In this document: piece by piece, positions 1 to 12,409 of the stretch | Layout of the letters: the number at the start of each line of letters is the position of its first letter | Numbering within the stretch: the stretch's first letter is position 1 | NCBI GenBank assembly: GCA_964016885.1 | Contig: OZ024743.1 | Location: forward strand, 145,824,001-145,888,000 | Origin: Eledone cirrhosa | Lineage: Eukaryota | Direction: 5' to 3' | Length of the DNA: 64,000 nt | Made by a program: the position numbers and the translations under genes | Notes under the pieces: model-generated | The model's input: only the letters and a program-made list of their open reading frames with translations | Databases searched by the model: none | Told to the model about the DNA's origin: nothing

Positions 1-1795
1 GTGGACTGGGAGCCTTTTTGCAATGACACCTACAAGACCACTTTACAGTGTGGACTGGATGTTCTGTGGTACCAACATAACTTTACACAGAAAGGGTGGT
101 GTGGGTGGAAGTGGGAGGATGGGGGGAGGGGTAGTGGGGTGGGGTGTATATTTGGTTAAGAGGTGCCTACTGACTATAGGTTTAACCTTGTACGTAAGGA
201 AAGGTGGGTCTTCGTCTTCTGTATTACTGCGTAGCACCAAAGGTCTTGATCCAGTGACATTGTCTTAGAGAGGTGTAAGTGTGCAAGGTCAGTTTTTATC
301 ATGTCGTCCCAGGTTTTCCTGGGTCTACCTACTCCATAGCTTCGATCAATTTTGATCGCCCTGCACTTCTTTATACAGCTGTCATCTTTCATGTGCATCA
401 CATGACTATACCAACGTAGTCTTCTCTCAAATAAACAGCATCTGATCCCTCTTATTCCTAATTTCTCGCTTAGTTCATTTATGCTTTCCCGTTCACGTAT
501 ATTACTATTACACATCCAACGGAGCATGCGTGCTTCGTTTCTTTCCAGTCTGTGCAGGTTCTCTGCACACAATGCCCATGTCTCACTGCCATGTAACATT
601 GTTTGTATACAAGCATCATACAATCTGCCTTTCATTTTTAGAGAGAAACCTTTTGTGACCAAAGCGGTATTAACTCTCTGAACTTTTTCCATCCTGTTCT
701 AACTTTGGCTACTGTACCTTCAGAGCACCCTCTTCCACTGCTGATTTTGTCACCCAGGTAACGGAAAGTGTCTACTATTTCTATAGAACCATCTGGGCAG
801 TTGAAGGAGCTAGTATCCAGTGGGCACTTGCTACTTACTGTACCTGAGCATCTGCCACATATAAAATCTACATTCTTAGATAGCTTACCTGTGATCCCAC
901 TACATCTTTTATGTACCCATAGTTTGCATTTGGGGCATAGAATGGAATTTCTACCTACACCTTTCTTACACAATGAGCATAGCCATTTCCAAGAGGGCAT
1001 TTGTACCCTATTTTCCTTTCTACATACTAGAACTTTAGTCTTAGACAAGTTAACTTTAAGTTAACTTTTGATTCACGGCCATGTTTCCATGTTTGGAATT
1101 TCTTCTCTAGTTCAGCCATATATTCAGCTATGAGAGTTAGATCATCTGCATATAGAAGTTCCCATGGGGAGCCAGTCTTAAACTCTTCTGTTATAGTCTG
1201 TAGGGCAATAATAAACGGGGGGGGGCTAAGGACAGAGCCTTGACGAACACCTACGTTTAGGCTAAATTCTTCCCTATAGTCATTGTTAATTCTAATTTTG
1301 CTGACTGTTCCTCTATACATAGCTTGTATGGCTCTCACAAGCCATTCATCTACTCTTAGTTTTCTAAGAGCCCACCAGATAATGGCACAGGGGACTCTGT
1401 CAAAGGCTTTCTCCAAGTCAACAAAAAGCTAAGTAGAAGGGCTTACTTTTAGCTAGGAACTTCTCCTGTAGTTGCCATACAAGGAAGAGAGCATCCATGG
1501 TACTTTTACCTGGCACAAACCCAAATTGCATTTCATCTAGATCAATTCAGTCTCTAATCAGTTGTGCAATAACTCTTTCTGTCACCTTCATGACCTGGTC
1601 AACTAACTTAATGCCTCTATAGTTTTCTCTATCTAGAGCATCTCCTTTGTCCTTGTAGCAGTTAACGACGATGATGCTATACCAGTCATTTGGTATGGCC
1701 CCGTTCTGTATTACTTGGTTTACTATCCGGGTGACCATAGTATGTCCCACCATTCCAGATGCTTTCAACATCTCAGCAACTATCTCCAAAGGCCC
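1..1795 (-). mobile_element. RTE-clade LINE, 5'-truncated, frameshifted
   Basis: ORFs 1547-1849, 1027-1416 (QGS, YADD), 638-1048 and 174-692 are consecutive RT fragments. The 5' end abuts (TA)n. Confidence 0.92.
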
Positions 1796-1808
1796 ATATA
1801 TATATATA

Positions 1809-2144
1809 ATCATCATCATCATTTTACGTCCGCTTTTCCCTGCTTGCAAGGGTGGGACGGGAACTGATTCTGGCTTGATTTCTACAGCTGGATGCCCTTC
1901 CTAACACCAACCTCATTTATAGTGAGTGCTGGGTGCTTTTTTGCCGTGGCACCTCCACGACCACTTTGCAGTGGAATGATAGGGATCCCAGTCCTATCAT
2001 CTCATTTCTACAGCTGAGTAAACTGGAGCAATGTGAAATAAAGTGTCTTGCTCAAGGAAACAATACATCACCCGGTCTGAGAATTTAACTGACAACCTTT
2101 CACTTGCAAGCCCAATGCTCTAACCAATAAGCCATGTGCCTCCA
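1809..2144 (-). mobile_element. tRNA-derived SINE family 1 with RTE-derived 3' tail
   Basis: Minus strand has a tRNA-like head with A box (TGGCTTATTGG) and degenerate B box, a CORE-like 'CCTTGAGCAAGACACTT', a tail shared with the RTE 3'UTR and (GAT)n. Other copies at 4904-5153 and 40535-40886. Confidence 0.85.
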
Positions 2145-2230
2145 TCAATATATATATTATATATTAAATATATATTACATATATATATATATAATATATT
2201 TATTACATATATATATTATGTACATATATA

Positions 2231-2332
2231 GAACAAGACAAGGTCAGCCGACTGGACACTGCCCACAACAGGACAACCCGTCTAATCCATGCTAGCGTGG
2301 TAGAATGGACGTAAAACGGTGATGATGATGAT
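2231..2332 (+). mobile_element. RTE subfamily B 3' terminal fragment
   Basis: Reverse complement of the tail at about 40945-41035; ends in (GAT)n. Confidence 0.8.
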
Positions 2333-2362
2333 ATATATTACATATATATATTATGTGTATAT

Positions 2363-3490
2363 ATCATCATCATCATCATCATCATTTAACGTCCATCTTC
2401 CACGCTAGCATGGGTTTGGACGGGAATTTTCCCACTTGAGGCAAGATTGGTTGTCTTGCTAGTATAGGACTGTCTGGCGGATTTTCTACGGCTGGATGCA
2501 CTTCCTAACACCAACCACTATTTTGATCCCCCTGCACTTTTTTATACAGCTGTCGTCTTTCATGCGCATCACGTGACCGTACCAACATAGTCTTCTCTCG
2601 AGTAAACAGCATCTGATTCCTCTTATTCCTAATTTCTCACTTAGTTCGTTTAATCTTTGCCGTTCACGTATATTACTATTACACATCCAGCGGAGCATGC
2701 AAGCTTCATTCCTCTCCAGTCTGCGTATATCCTCTGCACACAATGCCCAGGTCTCACTGCCATGTAACATTGCTGTTCGTATGCAGGCATCATACAGCCT
2801 GCTTTTCATTTTTAGAGAGAACCCTTTAGCGGCCAATAGTGGTATAAGCTCTCGGAACTTTTTCCATCCCGTTCTGACTCTAGCTACTGTACTTTCAGAG
2901 CACCCTCCACCACTGCTGATTTTGTCACCCAGGTAACGGAAGGTGTCCACTATTTCTATAGAACCATCTGTGCAATGGAATGAGCTAGTATTCTGTGGGC
3001 ACATGCTGCTACTTATTACACCAGAGCACCGGCCACATATAAAATCTATATTCTTAGTTAGCTTACCTGTGATCTCACTACATCTTTTATGCACCCATAC
3101 TTTGCATTTGGGGCATAAAATGGAGTTTCTGCCTACTTCTTTCCTACACACTGAGCATGGCCATTTCCCAGATGGGACCAGTGCCCTATTTTCCTTCCTA
3201 CAAACTAGAACTTTAGTCTTAGACAGGTTAATTTTAAGGCCTTTTGATTCTAGGCCATGCTTCCATGTTTGGAATTTCTTCTCTAGTTCGGCCATTGATT
3301 CAGCTATGAGCGTTAGATCATCTGCGTATAGGAGTTCCCATGGGCAGCCGGTCTTGAACTCCACTGTTATAGCCTGAAGGGCAATGATAAATAGGAGGAG
3401 GCTAAGGACAGAGCCCTGATGAACACCAACTTTTACACTAAACTCTTCACTATATTCGTTGTTAATTCTAACCTTGCTGACTGTTTCTTT
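2363..3490 (-). mobile_element. RTE subfamily A, 5'-truncated, with internal deletion near 2519
   Basis: ORF 2486-3364 contains YADD and the Cys-rich finger; (CAT)n tail at the left end. Confidence 0.92.
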
Positions 3491-3709
3491 ATATATATAT
3501 ATTATGTATATATATGTATATATATTATGTATATATATGTATTATGTGTATATATATATACATATTACATATATTTATCATGTGTATATATATATATAAC
3601 ATATATATATATATTACATATATTTATTATGTGTATATATATATATTACATATATATATATTATGTGTGTGTATATATATATATTATGTGTGTATATATA
3701 TATATATTA

Positions 3710-3752
<43 letters not shown>

Positions 3753-3821
3753 TGTATATATATATATATTATGTGTATATATATAAATATATATATTGTG
3801 TGTATATATATATATAAAGTG

Positions 3822-3861
<40 letters not shown>

Positions 3862-3878
3862 GTGTATATATATATATA
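3491..3878. repeat. Compound (TA)n microsatellite with TATTACA/TATTATGTG interruptions
   Basis: Seen directly. The same variant recurs as a spacer throughout 2150-7680. Confidence 0.95.
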
Positions 3879-4814
3879 CAGGGTGCGGACGATATTTGTT
3901 CGCAATTTTCAACTGCTAATTTTATGCAAAATTTTTTTACTTCCATTGTCACTCTTGTCTTCATAAAAACAGTGACTATATTTCCATTATTTATTTTCAG
4001 AATAATTGATTATGAATAATTTTGAACCTCCAAATTTGTGGAAGAGACACAGAGTTCTTCTTGGAATCCGCGCCGAGAGGACAAATAAGGAAATTTCAGA
4101 CTTTCTCAGCGTCAGCAGGAGAATGGTGGAAAAGGTCAGAAAGGAATTGGAAGATTCAGGATTCGACTACGAAGCAACATCAGAGAAGAAAACACATGAT
4201 CGACGATCTTACGCCATCAGAATGCCCGAGTTCGTCGCTGAAGTTCACGATATCATCAACAATGAACCTAGCAAGTCAATGTGCACCATTGCAAGGGAGA
4301 AAAGCGTGGATAAAAATTTCATTAGGCTGGTGGTACATGAAGACATTCGCTACGTTTCATACAAGATGAGGAAAGGACAATTTCTGTCAAAGGCAATGCA
4401 AGAAAAGCGACTGAAGCACGGAAGACAAACTGACCCAAGTTGAAACACCCACTGGAGCCAGACATGCTGTGGTTTTTCTCCGATGAGAAAAACTTCTGCC
4501 AAGACCAGAGGATCAACTCCCAGAACAACAGGTGGCTCGCTGTCTCATCCAAAGACATGTCCAGAGTCATGCAGACAAAGTTTCCAATGACAACATTGGT
4601 CTTAGGTGTCGTCAGCAGTCAAGGTGACGTCATGCCACCTCACTTCTTCCCTGAGGGCCTCAAAATGAACACCGATGGCGGGTTTATCGAGTGAGATCGA
4701 AAGAATAAGTTGAAGACAAACTGACCCAAGTTTGATAAATAAATCTTAAAAAATAAAACTACTGTGTTATTTTTTCCTAGACAGTAATCTTGCGAACAAA
4801 TATCGTTCGCACCC

Positions 4815-4816
<2 letters not shown>
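3879..4816 (+). mobile_element. Tc1/mariner (maT/DD37D-like) transposon, internally deleted
   Basis: 27-bp TIRs CAGGGTGCG(G/A)ACGATATTTGTTCGCAA with 1 mismatch and TA flanks. Transposase fragments at 4006-4443 (HTH region) and 4440-4694 (WFFSDEKNF...MPPHFF). The maT assignment is from motif recall. Confidence 0.9.
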
Positions 4817-4858
<42 letters not shown>

Positions 4859-4903
4859 CATATATATATTTATGTATATATATATATATATATATACATA
4901 TAT

Positions 4904-5153
4904 ATCATCATCATCATTTTACGTCCGCTTTTCCCTGCTTGCAAGGGTGGGACGGGAACTGATTCTGGCTTTATTTCTACAGCTGGATGCCCTTCCTAAC
5001 ACCAACCTCATTTACAGTGAGTGATGGGTGCTTTTTTTCCGTGGCACCTCCACGACCACTTTGCAGTGGAATGATAGGGACCCCAGTCCCTATCATCTCA
5101 TTTCTACAGCTGAGTAAGCTGGAGCAATGTGAAATAAAGTGTCTTGCTCAAGG
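4904..5153 (-). mobile_element. SINE family 1, 5'-truncated
   Basis: Near-identical to 1809-2058. Confidence 0.85.
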
Positions 5154-5182
5154 ATATATATATATTATGTCTGTGTATATAT

Positions 5183-5422
5183 ATCACCTTGATCACCTTG
5201 ACCGACCAGTCTGTCAGGCGTCCATTCAGCGCCGTTGGTCACAGCACGCCGTCCATTCCTCTCTGGATCGTGCTTTCCTCATCCATGTATTCCCAATCGT
5301 ATTCTTAAAATCATAACTCCACCCTTGATAATCGGTGGATCCGCGCAGTTGCCGAGTGGTACCCGCGCGAGCGGAAACGACCACTCGGAAGACCTCCATG
5401 AGGGTGGAGTTACGATTTTAAG
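5183..5422 (-). mobile_element. Distinct RTE 3' end with inverted 5' part
   Basis: Minus 5325-5183 encodes WSYDFKNTIGNTWMRKARSREEW, then a stop and a tandem CAAGGTGAT tail. Plus 5327-5422 encodes DNRWIRAVAEWYPRERKRPLGRPP. Confidence 0.8.
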
Positions 5423-5442
5423 TGTATATATATATAATATAT

Positions 5443-5473
<31 letters not shown>

Positions 5474-5564
5474 CCCACCCTTGCAAGCAGGGAAAAGCGG
5501 ACGTAAAATGATGATGATGATAATGATATATATTACATATATATATTATGTGTATATATATATA

Positions 5565-6400
5565 TGTTGGAATCAAGAAGACAGAGCGAACATAGCTAAA
5601 ACAAAAGTGTTGATAAGTAGAAGAGAGGACAATACTCTGATTCCATCAGGGAAATGGCCATGTTTGATATGTAGAAAAAGAACTGGCATAAATTCCATAA
5701 AATGTACGCAATGCAGATCTTGGGTACACAAGAGATGTAGTGGGATAGCAGGCAAACTAACAGGTAGGGAAAACTACATATGCAGTAGATGTACAGGGAA
5801 AGTTGGCAGTAGTAATCGCAGTGATAGACACATTTTTCCAATGTATCTAGAATAAGGACAGGTTGGAAGAAGTTTAGGGAGCCGCTTCCTCTGTTGACAA
5901 AGAAGGGTTTCTTCCTGCGTATGAAAGGACGGTTATGTGATGCCTGTGTGAGATGTGCAATGCTGCATGGTAGTGAGACATGGGCAGCAACTGCAGACGA
6001 TATGCGACGGCTGGAGAGAAATGAAGCAAGCATGCTCCATTGGATATGCAATGTCAATGTGCGTGAACAACCAAGCATAGAGGAGTTGAGAAAGAAACTG
6101 GGTATAAGAGGGATAAGTTGTGGTGTGCAGGAGAGAAGACTGAGATGGTATGGACATGTGATGTGCATGGAGGATGACCGCTGGGTAAAGAAGTGCCAAG
6201 AAATCCCAGTAGAAGGAAGATGCAGTAGAGGTAAACCATGAAAAACATGGGCGGAGGTGGTGAGCGCAGACCTCAGATCGCTGAAACTCACGGAGGAGAT
6301 GACGAAGGACCGTGACAAGTGGAGAGATGCTGTGCTGAATAGGACCCGTCCAACCCTTGCAAGCAGGGAAAAGCGGATGTAAAATGATGATGATGATGAT
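5565..6400 (+). mobile_element. RTE subfamily C fragment
   Basis: KTKVL...SGKWPCLIC...HKRC, then ORF 5894-6241 (MLHGSETW, RLRWYGHV) and a (GAT)n tail. Confidence 0.88.
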
Positions 6401-6492
6401 ATATATATATAATCAAGCCAGAATCAGTTCCCGTCTCACTCTTGCAAGCAGGGAAAAAGTGAACGTAAAATGAAATGATGATGATGATGATG

Positions 6493-7000
6493 AAAGCATA
6501 AACGAATTGAGAGAGAGACTGAGCATAAGAGGAATCAAATGTTATGTGCAGGAGAGGCGGTTGCGTTGGTATAGACATGTGATGCGTATGAAGGATGACA
6601 GCTGCATAAAAAGGTGCAGAGCACTAGAAGTCGATGGAAGCAGCGGAGTGGGGAGACCCAAGAAGATCTGGGATGAGGTGATAAAGGCCGACCTTACTCA
6701 ATTGCACCTCTTAAGGGCGATGACTCACGACCGTAACCTCTGGCGTCACGCAGTAATACAGAAGACCCGACTTCCCACAGGAACAAACCGAAGCTGAAGC
6801 ATATAGACAATATGCCGCCACCCCCACCCACTGCAAAGTGGTCGTGGAGGTGCCACGGCAAAAAAGCACCCAGCCCACACTGTAAAGTGGACGTGTAGGC
6901 GCCATGGAAAAAAAGCACCCAGCACTCACTGTAAATGAGGTTGGTGTTAGGAAGGGCATCCAGCTGTAGAAATCAAGCCAGAATCAGTTCCTGTTCCCGT
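6493..7000 (+). mobile_element. RTE subfamily B 3' fragment
   Basis: ORF 6507-6797 matches the C-terminus of the 45407-47065 ORF; 3'UTR follows. Confidence 0.88.
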
Positions 7001-7027
7001 ATGTGTATATATATTACATATATATAT

Positions 7028-7066
<39 letters not shown>

Positions 7067-7075
7067 CATATATAT

Positions 7076-7108
<33 letters not shown>

Positions 7109-7138
7109 TACATATATATATATTACATATATATATTA

Positions 7139-7191
<53 letters not shown>

Positions 7192-7217
7192 CATATATAT
7201 ATTACATATATATATAT

Positions 7218-7246
<29 letters not shown>

Positions 7247-7248
<2 letters not shown>

Positions 7249-7475
7249 TTCGTTTCTGAATTTGTTTAGCAAGATTCTTTATCTGAAATCGTGTGTTGAA
7301 ACCGATATTGTTATACTATATATAAACAACTATCTGGTTGTGGAACCAACCAACCAACCAGAAATTTATAAGTTTGTAGATTTGTAAATTTATAAATTTA
7401 TAAATATATAATAAATTGAAGTGAAAGCAACTGGTGCGTGTGTTTCTTATTGGCAACATGACCCTCCCAAAGTAT

Positions 7476-7481
<6 letters not shown>
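7247..7481. mobile_element. Penelope-like pseudo-LTR fragment with internal inversion
   Basis: Both halves match the flanks of the GIY-YIG element (29404-29555 and 30378-30490). Embedded in (TA)n. Confidence 0.7.
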
Positions 7482-7521
<40 letters not shown>

Positions 7522-7549
7522 CATATATATATATATTACATATATATAT

Positions 7550-7600
<51 letters not shown>

Positions 7601-8199
7601 CATATATATATATATATTACATATATATATTATGTGTGTATATATATATATATTACATATATATTATGTGTATATATATATAGTGTGTTTGTTTGTTTTT
7701 TCTGTAACATACCAGTGTGACAAATAGACATTAATAAAATAACTTCCAAACTTGAAAAAATATGTAGTGGGGCCAATATGATTGATTATATCAAGGCAGT
7801 GCAGCATAATGGCCGCAAGTGTTCATATTCCGTAATGCAGAGAACTTACCTTCCCATGCAAGTGGAGTGAATGAGCACAAAGAGGATGGCAACCCACATA
7901 CTTCCCTCAACCCAAAGAAGCAGAGAAGTGATACAACACTCAAATCTCACCCACCACCTGCCAGTATACATCTAAATTCCCTACCAGCATACCCCTGATC
8001 CCTTTCTCCACCTTAAACCTGAAGAAGCAGAGAGATGAAACAACTCTCAGGTCCTTGCCAGCTTGTATACACCTGACCTCTTCGTTCAACCCATGAAAGG
8101 CATCACCCACCCACTTGCTCCAACAGTCAATAAACACTCCTTTTAGGCCATCAAGGGAAACCAGGTACACTCATACAATATGTTAAAAACCATGCACTT

Positions 8200-9045
8200 C
8201 AAGGCCATCACCATGACTCCCCCCTCCAGCTTTGTAATTTCTGCACCTCGGCCACAGCTCTCACCAATGCTTCCTGAGATAGTGCTGGTGCCATGATGAA
8301 AGCATCTAGTCCACCCTGTAGTGCTGGTACCACAACAAAATTAACTAGTCTAACCTGTAGAAAAGGTAGTGCTGACATCATGATAAAAGATGCTCCGAGT
8401 ACATGCTGTAAAGTGGTTGGTGTTAGGAAGGGCAACCAACCATAGAAAAGATGTTCCCAATATACATTGTAATAAGGTTGGTGTTAGGAAGGGCATTCAG
8501 CTGTAGAAACCATGTTCCCAGTACACACTGTAAAGTGGTTGGCATTAGGAAAGGCAACCAACCATGGAAACCAAACCAAAACAAAACATATGAACAAGAC
8601 CTAATCGCCTCACCAGTCAGGCTGCAGCATGCAACTGCTGTCTAACCTATGCAAGCATGGAGAATAGATATTAACGGTGAAGATTCTGATAGAGGACCCT
8701 TCAGTCATGTTAAGGACATGACGGCCTCCTTAATATTGGTGATCTACACAATAAACACACCTAGTACAAGCTGTAAAGTGATTGGTGATAGGAAGGGCAT
8801 CCAGGTACAGAAAACTTAACAAAGGACTGGGATGACCCTTCAGTTGTGTGAAAGACATGAAACCTTTCCTGTGCACTCAATGAAAATTGAGACCATACGT
8901 TGGCAAGATGCAGATCCATGGCCTGTCTGGGAGGTCAGTAGCCCCGAATCAGAACTGATTAATCTGTGTAGATCCATCCAACCCTTGCTAGTCCAATCCT
9001 TGTTAGCAAAGAAATCAGACGTTAAGACAATGATGATGACAATAT
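8200..9045 (+). mobile_element. Old RTE/SINE 3'UTR mosaic
   Basis: Four decayed copies of '...TTGG(T/C)(G/A)(T/A)TAGGAAGGGCA' plus decayed termini. Confidence 0.55.
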
Positions 9046-10362
9046 ATGGATTGGAGAAGGGTCTGTTGACACAACATACTACAACAGAGTAGTCTCATAG
9101 GAAAAATGCAGCATAGTCCTAACCCTGGTGCAAAAAACAACTAGTTCCACTCAGCCATAGTCAATCCACTGCTGGATGAATCCTCAGTAACTATGCTGAT
9201 TTTAGGCACACCTGTTTACGCTGTCCAAGTACAATTTAGGTTGTATGCTTCCATGATTAACCCTAGGCATCAGTACCTATCGCAATATTTTACTCTAAAT
9301 CTTTAAAAAACCATACTTTTTTTTTTACTTCTCTTTCAAATATTTCATTTTTTACTAAACACTTAAAAAATATATCAACTTTTCTCAGATTAGTTTCATG
9401 CCAACATATTTATCAAGGTAACACTATCTTAATCCTTTTAAAGTCAACCTGCCCAAAACCGCCTTGGTTTCTATAAAACAAAACCACCCATTTTAAAGGG
9501 TTCCTACTTAAATCAAAACCTAACAATTTTGCATCTTAATTAATGAAACCATAATTATTCATTAATCAATTAAAACAGAAAGTATTTCATTAGAAATATA
9601 GTAACAAAATGGTTAAATAACAAACAGCAAAATGATAAAACACCTCCATACTCACCTGCCCAAAAATAATAAAAAAACTGACTATTTTATACAGTAACGA
9701 AAAATTGTTCTTTCATGTCAGGACATATTATTTCACTAATTAAACTTTCTAAACAAATCAATACAACTAATTCACAACATTTTACATATAATTAAATTTT
9801 ATTCAATAAACTCAATGTGATATTTTGCTTAAACATTTACAATAATAATCTTAGTTTAATAAATGTTTAAAATATATTTTGATATGAGGATTCTTGTCTA
9901 AATTTAAGAAATTTCCAAAAACTTGTTGCTTCAGTTATTACACTCTATAAGATAACATAATATATGTTAAATTCAATAGATTAGTCAGGAATCATATTTA
10001 GCAAATGGGTAATACACAACAACACAAAGCCATTTTCCCTGCTAAATCAGAGGTTAATCTTTCAAGCCCCTTGACAAGCTGAATCATACTCATCATGAGG
10101 TTCTTTTTTGAAACAATGTTTAATGGCTGAATGCTTTTCTTGACAGCAATCCTTTTAGTTGCCCCTTACAACATGCAGACATGAGCACAAATTTATAGGG
10201 AAGAGTTTATTTAAATTGTGTGACTTTTATGCCTATTTGAAAGGCATAAGCAGAATAAAGGAAATATATTGACTTCAACCAGGAATGAAAACTAGGTTGC
10301 AGTTACTGATCACTAAGAACTTACCTAAAACTTGTTTAAATATTAAAATCAAAAAATCTTAC

Positions 10363-10583
10363 CTAGAAGAACCTGGCTCTTCAATAATATGTAGAATAAG
10401 TCCTGGTGGATAAAGTTGCTTTTCTGGTGTGATAGACTCACCAATACTACCATAATGACCGGAAGAACTACTAGAGCTGACATCTACCAAATTGTGTCGC
10501 TGTTCCTCAACATTGTAATCTTCTTGATGGTTCAAATTTAAACCACATAATTCTTTCCAGAAACCACTCACAAAAATTTTATA
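10363..10583 (-). CDS. DAGLB: DAGL-beta-like exon (last visible), 221 nt
   Basis: YKIFVSGFWKELCG...LYPPGLILHIIEEPGSS+AG, similar to DAGLB 'YKI...G.W.EL.G' and 'LYPPG.I.H'. Ends are tttcAG / GTaaga. The exon with the catalytic His was not found in the window. Confidence 0.88.
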
Positions 10584-12409
10584 CTGAAAAATAATAAAAT
10601 ATATTTAACATTGATATTTCTATAATGTTTTAGTAGTATAGAAAAATGAGTGCAGAATAAAACTGGACACTATATCGATATAAGAAGTTACTTACTATAT
10701 TGTTCACCATAATTACTAAAAAAAAATGCTAAAAAATTAAAATGTATTTAGATTTCTTGATGTTATTAACCCTTCCATGACCTATTTCTGATGGAATACA
10801 CTCTATTTCAATTAATCAATTAAAGTTTTTGCAGGATTTACTAAAATTATCAATTATTTCATTACTAAGATAATAACTTAACATATGGTTTTTATATAAA
10901 ATTATGTTGAAAAATTTTAATTCAAATAGAAACCCTAATATCACACTGAAGGTCTAAACTTTTAGCATCTTGTAATTGTTGAAAAGAATGAGGCTAAGAC
11001 ACAGCCCTATACCTCCTTTTTTCCATTACTTCTTCCAGACAGCAAATACTTAGCTAATTTCTTAAACTCACTCCACTAAACTTGCTTGCATCAGCCAATG
11101 TATCATAACGAGTTAAATTCTCTTCAATCATGGCACATTGCTTACATTTCAATGTCTGTTTGATTGTCATACAACATATAAGCTATGCTTCCTATAGTAT
11201 TCCTTTTTTACAAACAGAGAGGAACACTCAAAATCTTTTCTAAAAATCTACATGCAGAAACTGTGCACACAATATATATGGCAATATTCAGAGGTTTTTA
11301 CAGGTTTGCATACAAAACAAATAAAGTAATATAAACGAAAATATTTAAACATTTATTAGTAACTACTGATACTGTTAGACATTGTTAAAATATATATTCC
11401 CCATCAATTATAATAAAAAGTTAACTAAAGAGGAAACTTCTATATAACTATATTTCTTTCAAACTCCTTGGTCTTTGAAAATGGGAACCATATGTTTTAA
11501 GCATCCAGAATAGCATACACACAATAAAGACTGATGACCATGGCTAAAATACTTATCAGATAAAGTTCAATCTAAACCTACATGTCAGACATTCTATATC
11601 CATATGTTCAGGATGCTAGACCTATTGATTACTCATAAGCATCCAATCGCAACCTCAATGCCAGAGGTTTGCTCAAATATGGTTATTCAACGACCACTGA
11701 CACTACCAATGTTACCTAAAATCTTAATCTGGTTTCATAATACATCTATTGCATATGAAACACAAAGAACTTTAATATTCAAACAAATCTAGCTTGTGAA
11801 ACAACCTTTAACATCTCAGCTAAGTTGTTGTTTAGCACAAGGTCAGGTCAGTTTGAGCAGACCTATAATCAAAGGTCTTCCAACCATGACCATCCCATTT
11901 TTCCTGTGTGCAAGGAACCCAAGACTACATTATGCATTGTGTCCTTTCATAAGATGATGGGGTGTAATTTGAGTGGGTTTTGGCTGTTATTTATAGCAGG
12001 TCAAACAACCAGGTTGTGACTCCTTGGCGCATCTCAATGATGTGATTAACAATTATGTCAAGAACCTAAGCAATATGTGGATAGAGTGAAAAAAACAACA
12101 TTGAATGCTTAGATGTTTCACTGAAAATTATAGATAGGTTTTATTTCTTAAATAAGATGGTTAGTCCTGGAGGTAGAAGTGATAAAATGATTGAGGTTAG
12201 TTTTTAGTGAAATACAAAACTTTTAGGGAAATTCTGCACATGCTAATAACAAAGTGATATTCTTTGTAAAAAGAACAGGCTATATGAAGTCTAAGTTAGA
12301 ATTAATGGCATATAATAGCTAAGTGTTGGTAATTGGAAAGAAATCAAGTATGATTCATGGAAAAGATGATTGAGCATAAGTTAGTTTTAAAAATGGTAGG
12401 ATATAAATA

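Noticed and set aside
9980-10010. 'MIPD' as a possible final DAGL exon (DHMPD motif)
   Set aside because: It lacks the catalytic His in the right position, is followed at once by a stop and has no convincing exon context.
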